Shown here: one piece after another, positions 21,273 to 32,488 of the stretch
Numbering within the stretch: position 1 is the first letter of the stretch
Layout: the number at the start of each line of letters is the position of its first letter
NCBI GenBank assembly: GCA_002256025.1
Contig: NKIB01000144.1
Span: 1 to 34,917, forward strand
DNA length: 34,917 nt
Origin: Asterionella formosa
Taxonomy: Eukaryota
Direction: 5' to 3'
Program-made: the position numbers and the translations under genes
The notes under the pieces: model-generated
What the model saw: only the letters and a program-made list of their open reading frames with translations
What the model was told of the DNA's origin: nothing
Databases searched by the model: none

Positions 21273-22289
21273 ATGCTGACTGCAGCCTCTCGCTACACCA
21301 AGGCCTTCTGTTTTGTTCATGTTTATTCGCTGGTTTCATCCCTTCGTTTACCATGGCAGCAAAATCGAAGGCAGTTGTTAGAGCGATCCAGTACCTTGAT
21401 AGTCGCTACATGGTTGGATGGTGCGAACGATGCTCACGCTGCTCGAGGAGCAGCCGAACTGGATTTTGAATATTACATTAGAGATATGATTGGAGGTAAT
21501 GCGAAAGAAGGGAACGTTCAATCATCCCCTTTTCCCGAAGCAGGAACACCAAGAACCCTGAAAGACCCGTTACTATCACTTATGCTTGACGACGACTGTA
21601 CTTCAGCATGTATTCCTGCCAAGGCATTACTAGAATTGGCCCCTACTGCCAATTTGTCTGACAAGGTTAAGCAGTATAGATCCAGGGTCAGTCGATCCTT
21701 TGCCACCCGCGCACCTTGGCAAAACGAACATGTCACGGACCAATTCTACTTTGATTTGACAGCCTACGCAATGTGGCGCTCAGCTGCTGATTTTCTGCCG
21801 AATTACGTTGAGAGAGATCGCTTTGCCAGAAATGTTGGTCGGGGAATCTATCAAACAGCTACTAATATCGGACTGCTAGAAACTCTCGTCAACAAAAAGG
21901 AAATGCAAACGCTGAGTTCCACTATTCCATCAATGACGGAAATATTGAACCTCTTTGTGAATAGTGGCTACTGTAGAGACTACAGAATAGGTGATAACAC
22001 CAAGGCTGTGATTTTCGACGCTCTGGATGACGAAACATTGGCGGATGGGGCCTCAGTAGATTGCTTGATATCTGTCTTCGAACCTGCTACCCTTGGAGCA
22101 AGCCTTCAAATTACTGGGGAACAAAGTCGATTTGCTCCAGAATTTGTGGGGACAACCTTGGCCGCCATGTGGGAAGCAGTTGGCGTGAAATCCAGGTTTG
22201 AGACATACTTCGTCGACAACGAATACAGACCGAATCCTAAGGACTACTTTCCAAATGAGCAACTACTTCAATTCACATTACAAAGATGA
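21273..22289 (+). CDS. Uncharacterised plastid protein, probably thylakoid-lumenal (signal peptide + twin-arginine signal), 338 aa
   Basis: First ATG at 21273; hydrophobic FCFVHVYSLVSS, then NRRQLL..hydrophobic..AHA-A; globular body ending YFVDNEYRPNPKDYFPNEQLLQF. Confidence 0.78.
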   Translation: MLTAASRYTKAFCFVHVYSLVSSLRLPWQQNRRQLLERSSTLIVATWLDGANDAHAARGAAELDFEYYIRDMIGGNAKEGNVQSSPFPEAGTPRTLKDPLLSLMLDDDCTSACIPAKALLELAPTANLSDKVKQYRSRVSRSFATRAPWQNEHVTDQFYFDLTAYAMWRSAADFLPNYVERDRFARNVGRGIYQTATNIGLLETLVNKKEMQTLSSTIPSMTEILNLFVNSGYCRDYRIGDNTKAVIFDALDDETLADGASVDCLISVFEPATLGASLQITGEQSRFAPEFVGTTLAAMWEAVGVKSRFETYFVDNEYRPNPKDYFPNEQLLQFTLQR

Positions 22290-22381
22290 CGCTATGATTG
22301 GTAAAACCACGCGAGACTACATACGATGGCATCAAGACTGAATGGTAGTTTCGACTCAAATTGTAACTCATATGGAACTGT

Positions 22382-24017
22382 TCATTTACCCTTTTTCTTC
22401 TTCTTTTTGTTGCTACTGCTTGGTACTGGCCTTCCTCCGGGACTTCCTCCGGGACTTCCTCCGCGTTTTGTAGTAGTCGCTGTCAGTAGCGTCGGCTCAT
22501 CACCCATAGGTGTGAAGGTCATTTCACCCGCTCCTCCGCCTATGGACGGCATCGATATGATTGTTTTGACAGTGGCTGTTTTCGCCGCTGTCTTTGCAGC
22601 AATATCTCGAACCTTTCTCATGTCAGCCAAACGAGATTCCAACTTCTTTCCTTCACTGGTTGCTGATGATCCACCAGCTGCTCCTATGCCCAGCAATCCA
22701 TCAACGAAGCGCTCAGGTTCAAACTAGGTAAAATAAAGGTTAGCAAGGCGATCAAAGGTAAGAAAAATAGTAGAAGTTTTCAACTTACATCGCGAAGGTC
22801 TTCGATACGCTCTCCAACGCCGATAAGCTTCACAGGGAGGCCAAGTTCTCGGCTCACGGCAACGACACTTCCTCCACGAGCACTACCATCAAGCTTAGTT
22901 AGAATGAGACCAGACAAGCCAATCTCTTTGTTCCATACCTTTGCAGAGTCTAACGCCATTCTCCCTTGAGCAGCATCTAGTACTAGCAAAGTCTCATGAG
23001 GAACCGCTTTGTTTGCCATAGGTTTCCCTTCAGAATCAAGTTGAATCGACAATCGCTTTTCGATTACCCTCTTCATCTTCGCAAGTTCAGCAGTCAGCGC
23101 ATCATTATTGCTCAGACGACCAGAAGTATCCACTAAGAGGGTATCATAGTTTTCTTTCAATGCCTTTTCCAATGCCCCATATAGGACAGCACTTGGAGAC
23201 GACATCTTTTCATTCGGAACAAAGCAATCACATCCAGCCCGTTCTGACCATTGCACTAACTGTTCAACAGCTCCTGCCCGAAAAGTATCGCAAGCTGCCA
23301 TCAGGACCGTTTGGTTTCCTTCTGTTCGAAGGCGGTGTGCTAATTTTCCAATTGTAGTAGTTTTTCCCATACCGTCTGAAACAAAAATGTGAGCAGCGAA
23401 AAAGGAATCGGCAAAGCGCAATGCACCTGTAACTTACTTGCTCCCATAATGAAGAGGACAGTTGGCAACTTATCCTCGGAGAATTGTATTGTTCCAGGAA
23501 TTCCAGTATCCAAAGCTTCGATTAACTTTCCTCGCATGACACTCAAGAGATCCTCTCGCGACGTAAATCGCTGTCCAGCTGCTTGAAGCGACTTAACTTC
23601 AGCAACAATGTCGTCTGACGTCTTCATTCCTAAATCAGATTGTATCAAGATGTCTTGAAGTTCTTTGAGCAAATTTTCAGAATTTCCAGTCAATAGCAGC
23701 TCCATGTTTTGCAAGAGACGATCCCGACTCTTAGCAAGGCCGGATGCAAAGGCGACGTTCGTCTCTGACGTGTAAGCAGCAGCTTCCCTCAAGCCTGCTC
23801 CAAGCTTTCCCTTGGAGGCAGCATCTGCCAATTTGGTAACTTGATCCACACCTTCACTAGCGCGTTTCTTGAAAAAATCAAAGACCATGTTCAATTCTGC
23901 CTTGCTACGGGCTCTCTTGGTCCATGGCGATGGAGGGATGCGGACAAAGGCGGTCGATACGTTCAAGCATGTCGAAATGGAAATGATGGTTGTGGTGGCC
24001 CAAATAAATGTTCTCAT
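22382..24017 (-). CDS. ftsY: Plastid SRP receptor cpFtsY; exons 24017-23438, 23375-22789 and 22723-22382, 502 aa
   Basis: Signal peptide ending VSTA-FVR; spliced GANGMGKTTTIGKLA, DTFRAGAVEQL, DTSGR, LVLDA, TKLDGSARGG, IGVGE.IEDLRD|FEP. Confidence 0.96.
22724..22788 (-). other. ftsY intron 2 (65 bp, phase 0)
   Basis: GTAAGT donor, GCTAAC branch site, CCTAG acceptor; restores DLRDFEPERFVDGLL. Confidence 0.92.
23376..23437 (-). other. ftsY intron 1 (62 bp, phase 1)
   Basis: GTAAGT donor, GCTCAC branch-like site, TTTCAG acceptor; restores the P-loop GANGMGKT. Confidence 0.92.
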
Positions 24018-24409
24018 TTTATGTATTTCTTTCCCACACGGAGACTTCCGATTGTAAATCTAGATCAATGGTGCACTCAAGAAAGCGTGGAAGCAAGGAG
24101 AACGAACTGTATTTACAGCGAAGGAGGCAAGGCAACGCAGTCTATGCATCGATCAGTGAATGATTTCATACGTGATGTAATGTTCATCATGATGTGTCAC
24201 TACAATTTATGATGATGATGACGATAATGATTTCCTTATATGTAGTACTGCCGCATCTACATCAAACATTTATAAATACCATATATTGTTTTATAATACC
24301 GGAAATTTAATATAAAATAAGAATACCCTACTAGTCTTACCTTTCTCACATTATTTTGTCACTACCGGGATTAATAACGAGAGAGACTTTGGTTTCGAGA
24401 GCGGCAACG

Positions 24410-25723
24410 ATGACGACGACGGCAATCGAATCCGCCGAGATGTCACAGAATATTCCAAGATCGCAAAATAAAAAGAGTTGGCATGAAAAAGCATTTGAGT
24501 TTGATGCAATGGAAAGAATTCAGGAGATCGATCCTGCCGATGGAAATCCAAAGCTCGCTCAAGGTGCCTTTGGTGAAATTTCAATTGCAATAGACACTCA
24601 ACAACGTTGGAGATTGGCAGCAATCAAGACAATTATAACTGCCTCGACGCCTTTTAAGAATCCGTGGACTGGATTCGGGACCACGAAGCCAAGCGAGCAA
24701 TCTTCGAAACAAAATCTACCCAAGGAAACGTTCAATGAAATTATGGCGCTCAGGCTACTTAATCCCCACCCTTGTATTGTCCCCTTTTTGGGAATATGCG
24801 CTTCTAGAAATCAAATGATGTGCCCTGGTGCTTTGTCATTAGCGTTTGCGTACAGCCCCATCGATCTGTATATTCTACTTGAATACAGAAAGAGAATTCT
24901 AGGTGGACCCCTTAGCTTTCCTCTTGTGAAAACACTTTCGAAGGACATTGTCACTGCTCTACAACACTGTCACTCCCATGGAATTTTACATAGAGATCTA
25001 AAACCAGGAAACCTTTTGCTTACATCGGAAGGAAGAGTGCAACTTTGCGATTTTGGTCTAGCCAAACCGTGTCCACCCCTGGTTGAATACAATGAGACCT
25101 TGTCTCCAATAGACCCATGTGCTACTGGATCGAAAGGCATGTGCACGCTATACTACCGACCTCCTGAGGTCTTACTGGGAGGATCAGCGACCCACCCTTC
25201 CGTAGACATGTATAGTGCCGGCCTTGTAATTGCTGAAATAGCCTGTGGTCGACCAGTCTTCGACGGTAGGAGCGTCCTTGAACAGTTAGGAAAGATCTTC
25301 GCAGTTCTCGGGTCCCCTTCAAAAACCAACTGGAAGGATGCTCAAGAGCTACCAGACTGGGGGAAATTGAGCTTTCATCCAGTCGAACCAGTAGCTCTCA
25401 ACGATGTTCTTCCGCGGACGACAGAATGCCCTCACCTACTTAGCTTTCTCGAGAGCTTAATCGCCTTGAACCCAAAGGATCGGACGGATGCCAACTCAGC
25501 ATTGATGAATGAATGGTTCTCTACCAAACCAGAGGCTTCACCTCATGCACAAGTTGTAGCCCTCATTCCAGATGAGTTGAGGCCGCCTTTACTTTTCACA
25601 TCTCCATCGTCAAAGAAGATAGCATTGTCAGTTGCTGCGGCACGACGATTGTTCTGGGTTCCACCGAAGGAAAAGTTGTTGTACTTGTCCATCGATGAGA
25701 TCGATACATATATTGCTCAGTAA
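24410..25723 (+). CDS. CDK-related Ser/Thr kinase (CDK20/CCRK- or CDKF-like), 437 aa from the first ATG
   Basis: AQGAFGEI, AAIK, PKETFNEI, HRDLKPGNLL, LCDFGLAK, TLYYRPPEVLLG, VDMYSAG, QL.KIF.VLGSP, LPDWGKLSF. Confidence 0.88.
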   Translation: MTTTAIESAEMSQNIPRSQNKKSWHEKAFEFDAMERIQEIDPADGNPKLAQGAFGEISIAIDTQQRWRLAAIKTIITASTPFKNPWTGFGTTKPSEQSSKQNLPKETFNEIMALRLLNPHPCIVPFLGICASRNQMMCPGALSLAFAYSPIDLYILLEYRKRILGGPLSFPLVKTLSKDIVTALQHCHSHGILHRDLKPGNLLLTSEGRVQLCDFGLAKPCPPLVEYNETLSPIDPCATGSKGMCTLYYRPPEVLLGGSATHPSVDMYSAGLVIAEIACGRPVFDGRSVLEQLGKIFAVLGSPSKTNWKDAQELPDWGKLSFHPVEPVALNDVLPRTTECPHLLSFLESLIALNPKDRTDANSALMNEWFSTKPEASPHAQVVALIPDELRPPLLFTSPSSKKIALSVAAARRLFWVPPKEKLLYLSIDEIDTYIAQ

Positions 25724-25771
25724 ATTCTCTCAACCCCATACTAATTTTTAGAATTCTTTTGCTAATTTAGA

Positions 25772-26147
25772 TTATTTTTTACCTCTCTCTCTCTGGTTTG
25801 GGTTATTCCAGTGAGGATACTGATTATGAATTTGTGCTTGATCATAATCAAAAGTGGGGTCAGATATCTGTGAGAGATGGAGATCAAAACCGCCAAGGTT
25901 GGTTATGCTTGCTTGAACAGTTTCCATTGAATTCCCAGAGTTGTTTGCTACGTCTGCTTGCATTCCATACATTTCATTTGCAGGTTGATACTGGTGGAAA
26001 TAGTGCTGGCGCTGCAGCTGCAGCTGCTCTTGCTGTCTAGACATGTTGGGTTGTACATTGGGTAGATGGCCTATACTGTGGGCAGTCACTCCCATCTGAT
26101 GTTGGTGGTGATAGTACTGCTGTAAATGCTGCTGCTGCTGTTGCTGC

Positions 26148-26190
<43 letters not shown>

Positions 26191-29100
26191 GCTGTTGTTG
26201 TTGCTGCTGAAGATCAAACATATAATTGCCTCCTTCAGAGGTGGTTTGAACACTTTTGACATCCAGGCTTGTTGGATAAAACCCTTCCAAAGAGTTTTGT
26301 GAAACAAGCGGCATGTAAGACGAGCCCGAGAATGCAGCATTCGTGGGCTGGAAGTGTCTTACGTCAGCATTCTGTTGGTGCATCTGTGTAACCTGGTTGA
26401 TGAATGGTGATGTAGAATGATTGACTTCAGTGTTTAGATAATGTGTTGCAGGACTCCTTGAGTTGTCATCATGTCGTTGGAGATTGTACAGACTATGATG
26501 ACTGAACTTCCTATGGTCTCTCGGCTGCATGGTATCTTCGACGTGCTTCGCAGATACACTTTGCTGGTAGTGTGAGCTGCTTGTGACCCTCTTTGAGTAT
26601 TGACTCATAGGAAACGGCAACCCCGCATCATCACTTATTGCAGGTGGGATAGTCATCCTCCTGTGAAAGTTCTCCCTACCTTTGGATTCGGCCTCGATCA
26701 GCAAAGCTGGAGTGGCATCGTCGTTGCAATTATCAGCACCAAACGCCCGTAGATTCTTATTTATGATTGAAATATGATGCATGGTTCGTCGACGGATGAC
26801 ATTCATTTCTTGTCTGGGAGAATCTGTTCTCCTTTTTTTGGCAAATTGGAAGAGTACTTCACTCGTCTGACGAGAATGATTTGCCAGTACCGATTCAATT
26901 TCCTTTCTTAATTTCTGAAAAGGGTTGATTAGAATTGCCTTCGGTGCGATTCCTGCAGTCCCTGTTGACCTTAAAGAAGATACCGGCTCGTTTGACAATG
27001 ATGACTGGAATTTCTCCTCGAGTCGTCTTGTTCCAGTTGGTATCTGTCTAAACAACATTGATGAAACATTTGCGTCGCTTTCTCGAGCTGACACTTTAAT
27101 TTTAACTCCAATTTTTTTCTGGGACTCTCTCGTTTTCTGACGTTTCGCAGCTGCCACCATTTTCTTTGCTTCGCTCTGAACAGCTTCTAACTTTTTTCGA
27201 GCTTGTTCCACCTGCTCAGCTTTTTGAGCGGCACGACTGGCAGCAAGCTGTTTTTGCTGAGCAGCAATTGCTTCCTGTACTACTTTTTCCTTTGCTGCCG
27301 TAACTGCTTGCTGTTGCATCAACTTTTCATTTCGAAGTTGACGCTGCCTGCCGACACGCTTTGCACATTCAAGTACCAAAGGGAACAAGTCAACCGTTTC
27401 AGCCGAAAACCAGCATCCACGTTTTTTACCTTGTTCAACGACAAAGTATTGCATGATTCCGCTCCCAGAATCTCGTTGACAACATTCAATAGTCTGGAGA
27501 ACCCCTGACTTGGACGGTGTTACACGGCGCGCAAGACCTTCACAATAATTTATCGTCTTAACATGGATTGCAAGCGTGTGAGCAGGAGAATTGATGCGAT
27601 GGAGCTCATTGACAATGACAATACATACCGTTTTATCGAGGAAGGAATCAAGAACTCTGATCTGAATCACTAAATCCTCGAGAGAAATGCTATTCAGAAC
27701 TCGCTTCCGCCAGATTTGTGACACCCCCACCTGCCCAACTTCATATGCCTTTAAGTACATCACATTGGCGGCAGGGACAATTCCTGCATTTCTTCCTAGA
27801 TACCTCATTTCCGAAGGCGAAAGTAAGCCTGCAGGCTCAAACAATTTTCGACCGGCTACGGGCCAGTTGCCTTCCTTTTCGAGAGGAATCTTGAGGAAGT
27901 TCTCAAGCTCAGCCAGTCTCTCTCTCCTGTGATCCTCTATTATTGATGCCATCTTTGGCGATCCGCCTGATCCATAAATACCATCGGTTGTCTTTCTGCG
28001 ACCTGATCTTCTGGTCTTCTTATTCATTGATTGTTTCGGTACATTGGAAACGGTATTGCTGCAGGGACTTCCTTTTGTTACCTCTGTCTCAAGGCTTTGT
28101 ATTAATGTGGAAGGCACCCTTTCTTCTCCAAATACTTTGTGATCAGGTAGTGGTTCAAGGTCTGTTTTGATGCCGGTAACCATTTTTCCTGATACCGGAT
28201 CGCCATTAGTAAGTGACTCCGTAACAAGGCATTTTTCCTGCACCGACTCCACCCAACTGTTAGCCACGATGATCGTTTTCTGCTCTTTCCCAAGAGAGTC
28301 TGTTGAACATTCAATAGCCGGGGCCGTGTATTGTACACTTTGGTTGATGTTCATCTGATCGATTGTAATTGCACTGACAGCGTTTGCAGCTCCATCGCCA
28401 GGGACCATTGGTGTGTTCAATTTTCGCTTCTTTGTTCGTTGAGTCGTTCGACCTCTAAAATGCTCGCAGACGCCGTCAATCACACCATCCAAATCATTTG
28501 TCTCAGAAGCCAACAACGATAGAAAGCTAGACATAGGACATCGCTGCCACTTACGCACTCGCTTTTCACCAGCCGCAGACCAATCCTCAGCCATTGGGAG
28601 GAACCTCGTTTTGTTGTCTGGATTGGATTGAGTTAAAGTTGGGTCATTTTTCACCCGTCCATTCGGTGGTGCATTCCAGTCATCAACGAAAGCGCGAGGA
28701 TGGATTGCGTCGACAAGGCGAACGAGAAGCATTGCTAATTTAGTGATTGATTGGCATTTTCTTACATTCAGGGTCCAAATATCCACCTTCAATTGCTTAT
28801 TTCTCGTTCCCCAAAATTCGTTCAGCAGCAGTGCTCGCCTCAAACTTGACTCCAGCCTTTCCATGTACCCCACCATGATTCGATAGGGGTTGAAGAGTGA
28901 AGTCGAAGAGCTCAGAGCCAACACAAGATTAGCGTCTCGAGACATATCAGCGTCCATGACATTCGATAGGCTTCGTGTGTCTACGATACCGCATTCTGAT
29001 TCGAAATCCGAATTCATGATGATTGCTTGCCTCACCGCCGACCCAGTTTTGATGACATTGGGCACAGATGCCACGCGATATTGGCTCAAATATCGAGATG

Positions 29101-32100
29101 GGTCAAACCTGTCTGCATCTTTAAAAAATTCCGTCACAGAACCGATCTCACGGTCCTTGCTTCCCCATACCTGCATTGCACTATGTGGAACTTGGTTCAG
29201 GGGCCATTCGAGAAATATTTGCTGCCCAAGCTTCTTCATGACTTTTAAAAGAAGTGATTGTGACATCATGCCGTGCTCAGTGCACCTTGACTTAAGATTC
29301 GCCAACGACATTGCACTAAGGTACTGTGTACTTTCTGTCGTGCTTGCTTTCTTTGCGAAGACAAAACCATGAACTACGAGAAACTTGAAGTTTGCAGATA
29401 TGTCATCGCGCTTAGATACCGCGTCGGGAGCATTGGCGTACTTCGAAATAAATGAGGTTGAGCAGTAATTTTCTTGTGCCATGGCAACCAACGGCTTTGT
29501 AAGTAACTCTGTGGTCGGCACGGAAGAATTCTCCACGAGGCCTTGTGATATTGAAAGCACACGTGATGGTCCCAATAAGGAACTGTTTTGTGGATGCACA
29601 GGAAGATGCATTTCGTGCAATACATTGGAATCTTGTAATGGAGAAAGTAACATCCGTTGCGCGTCACTCAAGCTCGCAGAACGGATCGCTTGTACGTCAT
29701 CAATGGTAAACCAGTCGACAGCAGCTTTCTTGCCGCCCCTGAGTGATCCAAAATTGGCTGAGTCCACGATCTCGCACTCCGGGCATAGCCACTTTCCAGG
29801 AGGTAATTCTGTGCGTTCGGATATACTCAGACACTTCCTGTGATAACTGCGCGGGCAGCCATCACAACACAAGAGATCACCCTCATGTCCACAGACTACG
29901 CAGTCGTCACCATTTTCGAGGGACTCAAACTCATGGGCGCTAGGCTTCGCTCCATAAGGATAAGAATAACAACCGCCAATAAGATGCCGTCGAGTAAATT
30001 CAGCGGCAAATACATCGACTGCCAAGAGTTCATCGATGAGAAATTCCATAATCTGAAGTTTCTGTTCAAGTGGCAACCGATGATAGGGAGTTCCATGGCG
30101 CATCGGCTTTATTGGATCGAATTGTGGCCATAAATTGTTGTCGGTGTAATCGTTGAAACTTTCTGGGTTCCCAGAACTATTGACCGTTGGGGGCGTTCCC
30201 ATATATTCCTTCGCCGTTCTCTCGAAAAACGAGTTCATCGAGGCAATAACCTCGTTCGCTTCTTCATCCAGGACATCGCTGCTACCAAAGTGATTTGGAC
30301 TTGCACAATCGATCTTGTCAATTATGCCCTCCAGAATCAATCTCACTTCGTCCTTGGCGCTACTAATCATGAGTTCTTTGTCCTTTTTAATTCGATCGTT
30401 AGTTGATGTCAATTCCTCAGAGCACAAAATCAACGGACACGCGACAACTGAAACCTTGTTGACAAGTTCGGCAATAACTAAACGAACTTCTTCCATGGTG
30501 GACTCCTTTGGCGTGCCTAACTTAGCCGTTGAATCGCCAATCGCGAGCATGAAATCTGGATTGTCTCCTTGAAGTGGTGAATTCGATGGCGCATTGGGTG
30601 TTTGATTTGCAGCGCAGCCATCGATCAATTCTGTATTGAAATCGTCTCGCGAGGGGTGAGTTGCATTTGAAGTATCCTGATGTAGCTTGATAAAATTGTG
30701 AATTGTATCTGCAATCGCTACTGGTATTGGGATCCCATTTGGTTTACGTGCATCCAGTTTGAAACGGGGAACAACAACTTTTGGCAAATATATAGGTCGC
30801 GATGGGAGAGAAGCCTGAAGTGACGGTGGACACGACACGGAGAATGGATGAACACTTGGAGTCGGCATACTCGAAAAATTGATTGAGGGCTGAACACCGC
30901 CATACGGCAATGCTGAAGCCGGATCTATTGCGTACAGTGTAACTGCATTTCCTTCGTGTCCGTACGAGAAATGGGGCAAGCACTTCACCTTTCGAGGAGG
31001 TGATGTGCTATCCCCAGAAATAAAACGTGAAGCGCCGCCGGTAATTTCTTTCGCCACCGGAACTTTGATCACTTGACCTATTGAAGCCGCCGCGAAATCT
31101 TTCGAAAGCTGTGAGTTCTTCGTTGTTGTATTACTCACAAGGGGAGCTTGAATTTGTTCACTGTGTTGAATAATAGGGTTCACGGGTGCCTGTGGTTTTC
31201 GCGCTGAAGAGCTCGACACTAACTTCTGCGGGGAGATTTTTTCATAGGAATAGAATGGACTTTGATTAGAAATTTGAGGTGTTTTAAAAACAGAAGATGG
31301 AGCAGTAGACACAGCACGCCAAGCTAATGCGTTTTGAGCTGCATACCAAACTCCATTTTCAACTTCTTCAACATCATGCACTCGCGAGCTAGATACAAGT
31401 TGCACCTTTCTCTTTCGTGATTTCACCTGGGGCTGTACCAACTTTGTTCTGGATGGCCTTGCAGGGTACTCATCGTCCTCGTTGTTTTCTTCGTGCTCGT
31501 CGTCAAAGTCGTTTTGGTCGTTGTCCGATTCGGAGCTTTCTTGGTCCACTTCCACATGTTTCGATGTTCTTCTCCTTGACAAAAAATGTGGAGGCTTTTT
31601 ACGAGTTATCCCCTCCCGCTGCGTACTTTTTTGTTGTTCTAATTGCATTTTAGTCGCTCGAGTCGGCAATAAACCAAATCTCGATCTGGAAATCTTTAGC
31701 GGCGGTGCTTCAACTTTGTGCTCCGAGTATTCCTCCTCCTCCTTCGCATCATCATCTTCTTCGATGACTAGTTCCGACTCTTCTATCATTCTTTCAGTAT
31801 TTTCGTCGTCACTATCAACTTGTTTTTCGTCCTCGAGTTCATTCCGTAGTGCCAGTAATCTGTGGTCCATGTGCAACTCTGAATCGCTTAAGTGGGCATG
31901 AAGAACATCAGCAGTCAAATGTACATAGTCGTCGTAGAACAGGGGCCAAGAGAAAGAGTCAAGATAAGTCAGATTATCCCCTGCTCTCAGTTCCAATCGG
32001 TGCCCATCAATTTTGCGTCGCTTGATGTTCCCAGCATAGCCCCCTCGTTGTCGGAATGTGTATCCCATGTTTAGTGATGGCAAAAGTACCCTGAGCAATG

Positions 32101-32488
32101 CCACATGTATTTGTCCCAGCAAACGTGAAGGATAGGGTAGATGCAATGCTCTTAGAAAAACATTTGGTGTAAACGGAGAGATTCGCAACTCCACACTTAG
32201 CGTTCGCAGTAAGGAGTACGCCGCCAATGCTCTGAATGCCAGTGCAGGCGGAAATCCTTCTGGGAGCCTTGACGCAGCTAGATGCTCAGGACCCTGCAAA
32301 TCGTTCAAACTCCTTGGAACATAGGATTTCTTCCAGTCTTGGATAGGCCTCAGCTTTCTTTTTCGTTTCTTGAGATTTCTAGGACCAAACAACGGCACCG
32401 TTGGTGGCCCAGCTACCTGGTTTATTAACGCATCGGTCATATTCTCGTTGTAATCCCTGTTAAATTCAGATTCTGTTCTGTTGTTCAT
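25772..32488 (-). CDS. DDT + WHIM + PHD chromatin protein (BPTF/plant PTM-like ISWI partner), 2238 aa (2214 aa if the 72-bp intron is spliced)
   Basis: DDT: YSLLRTLSVELRISPFT...LLGQIHVALLRVL, then LDSFSWP. WHIM1-like: YHRLPLEQKLQIMEFLID. PHD: CVVC...LLCCDGCPRSYH.KC...WLCPEC. Also LGRNAG and WRKRV...L..QIRVLD; Q-rich C-terminus. Confidence 0.9.
26129..26209 (-). repeat. Coding (CAA/CAG)27 polyglutamine tract
   Basis: 81 nt of ttg/ctg triplets on the + strand, in frame as Q27. Confidence 0.95.
27557..27628 (-). other. Probable in-frame, stop-free intron (72 bp)
   Basis: GTATGT donor, GCTCAC branch-like site, TTAAG acceptor; same size class as the other introns here. Confidence 0.62.

Noticed and set aside
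26086..26340. Poly-Asn ORF
   Set aside because: Alternative frame of the CAA polyQ tract.
27203..32074. Numerous 60-160 aa ORFs overlapping the DDT-PHD gene
   Set aside because: Antisense or off-frame shadows of a long coding region with no independent motifs; the same applies to shadows within the other genes.
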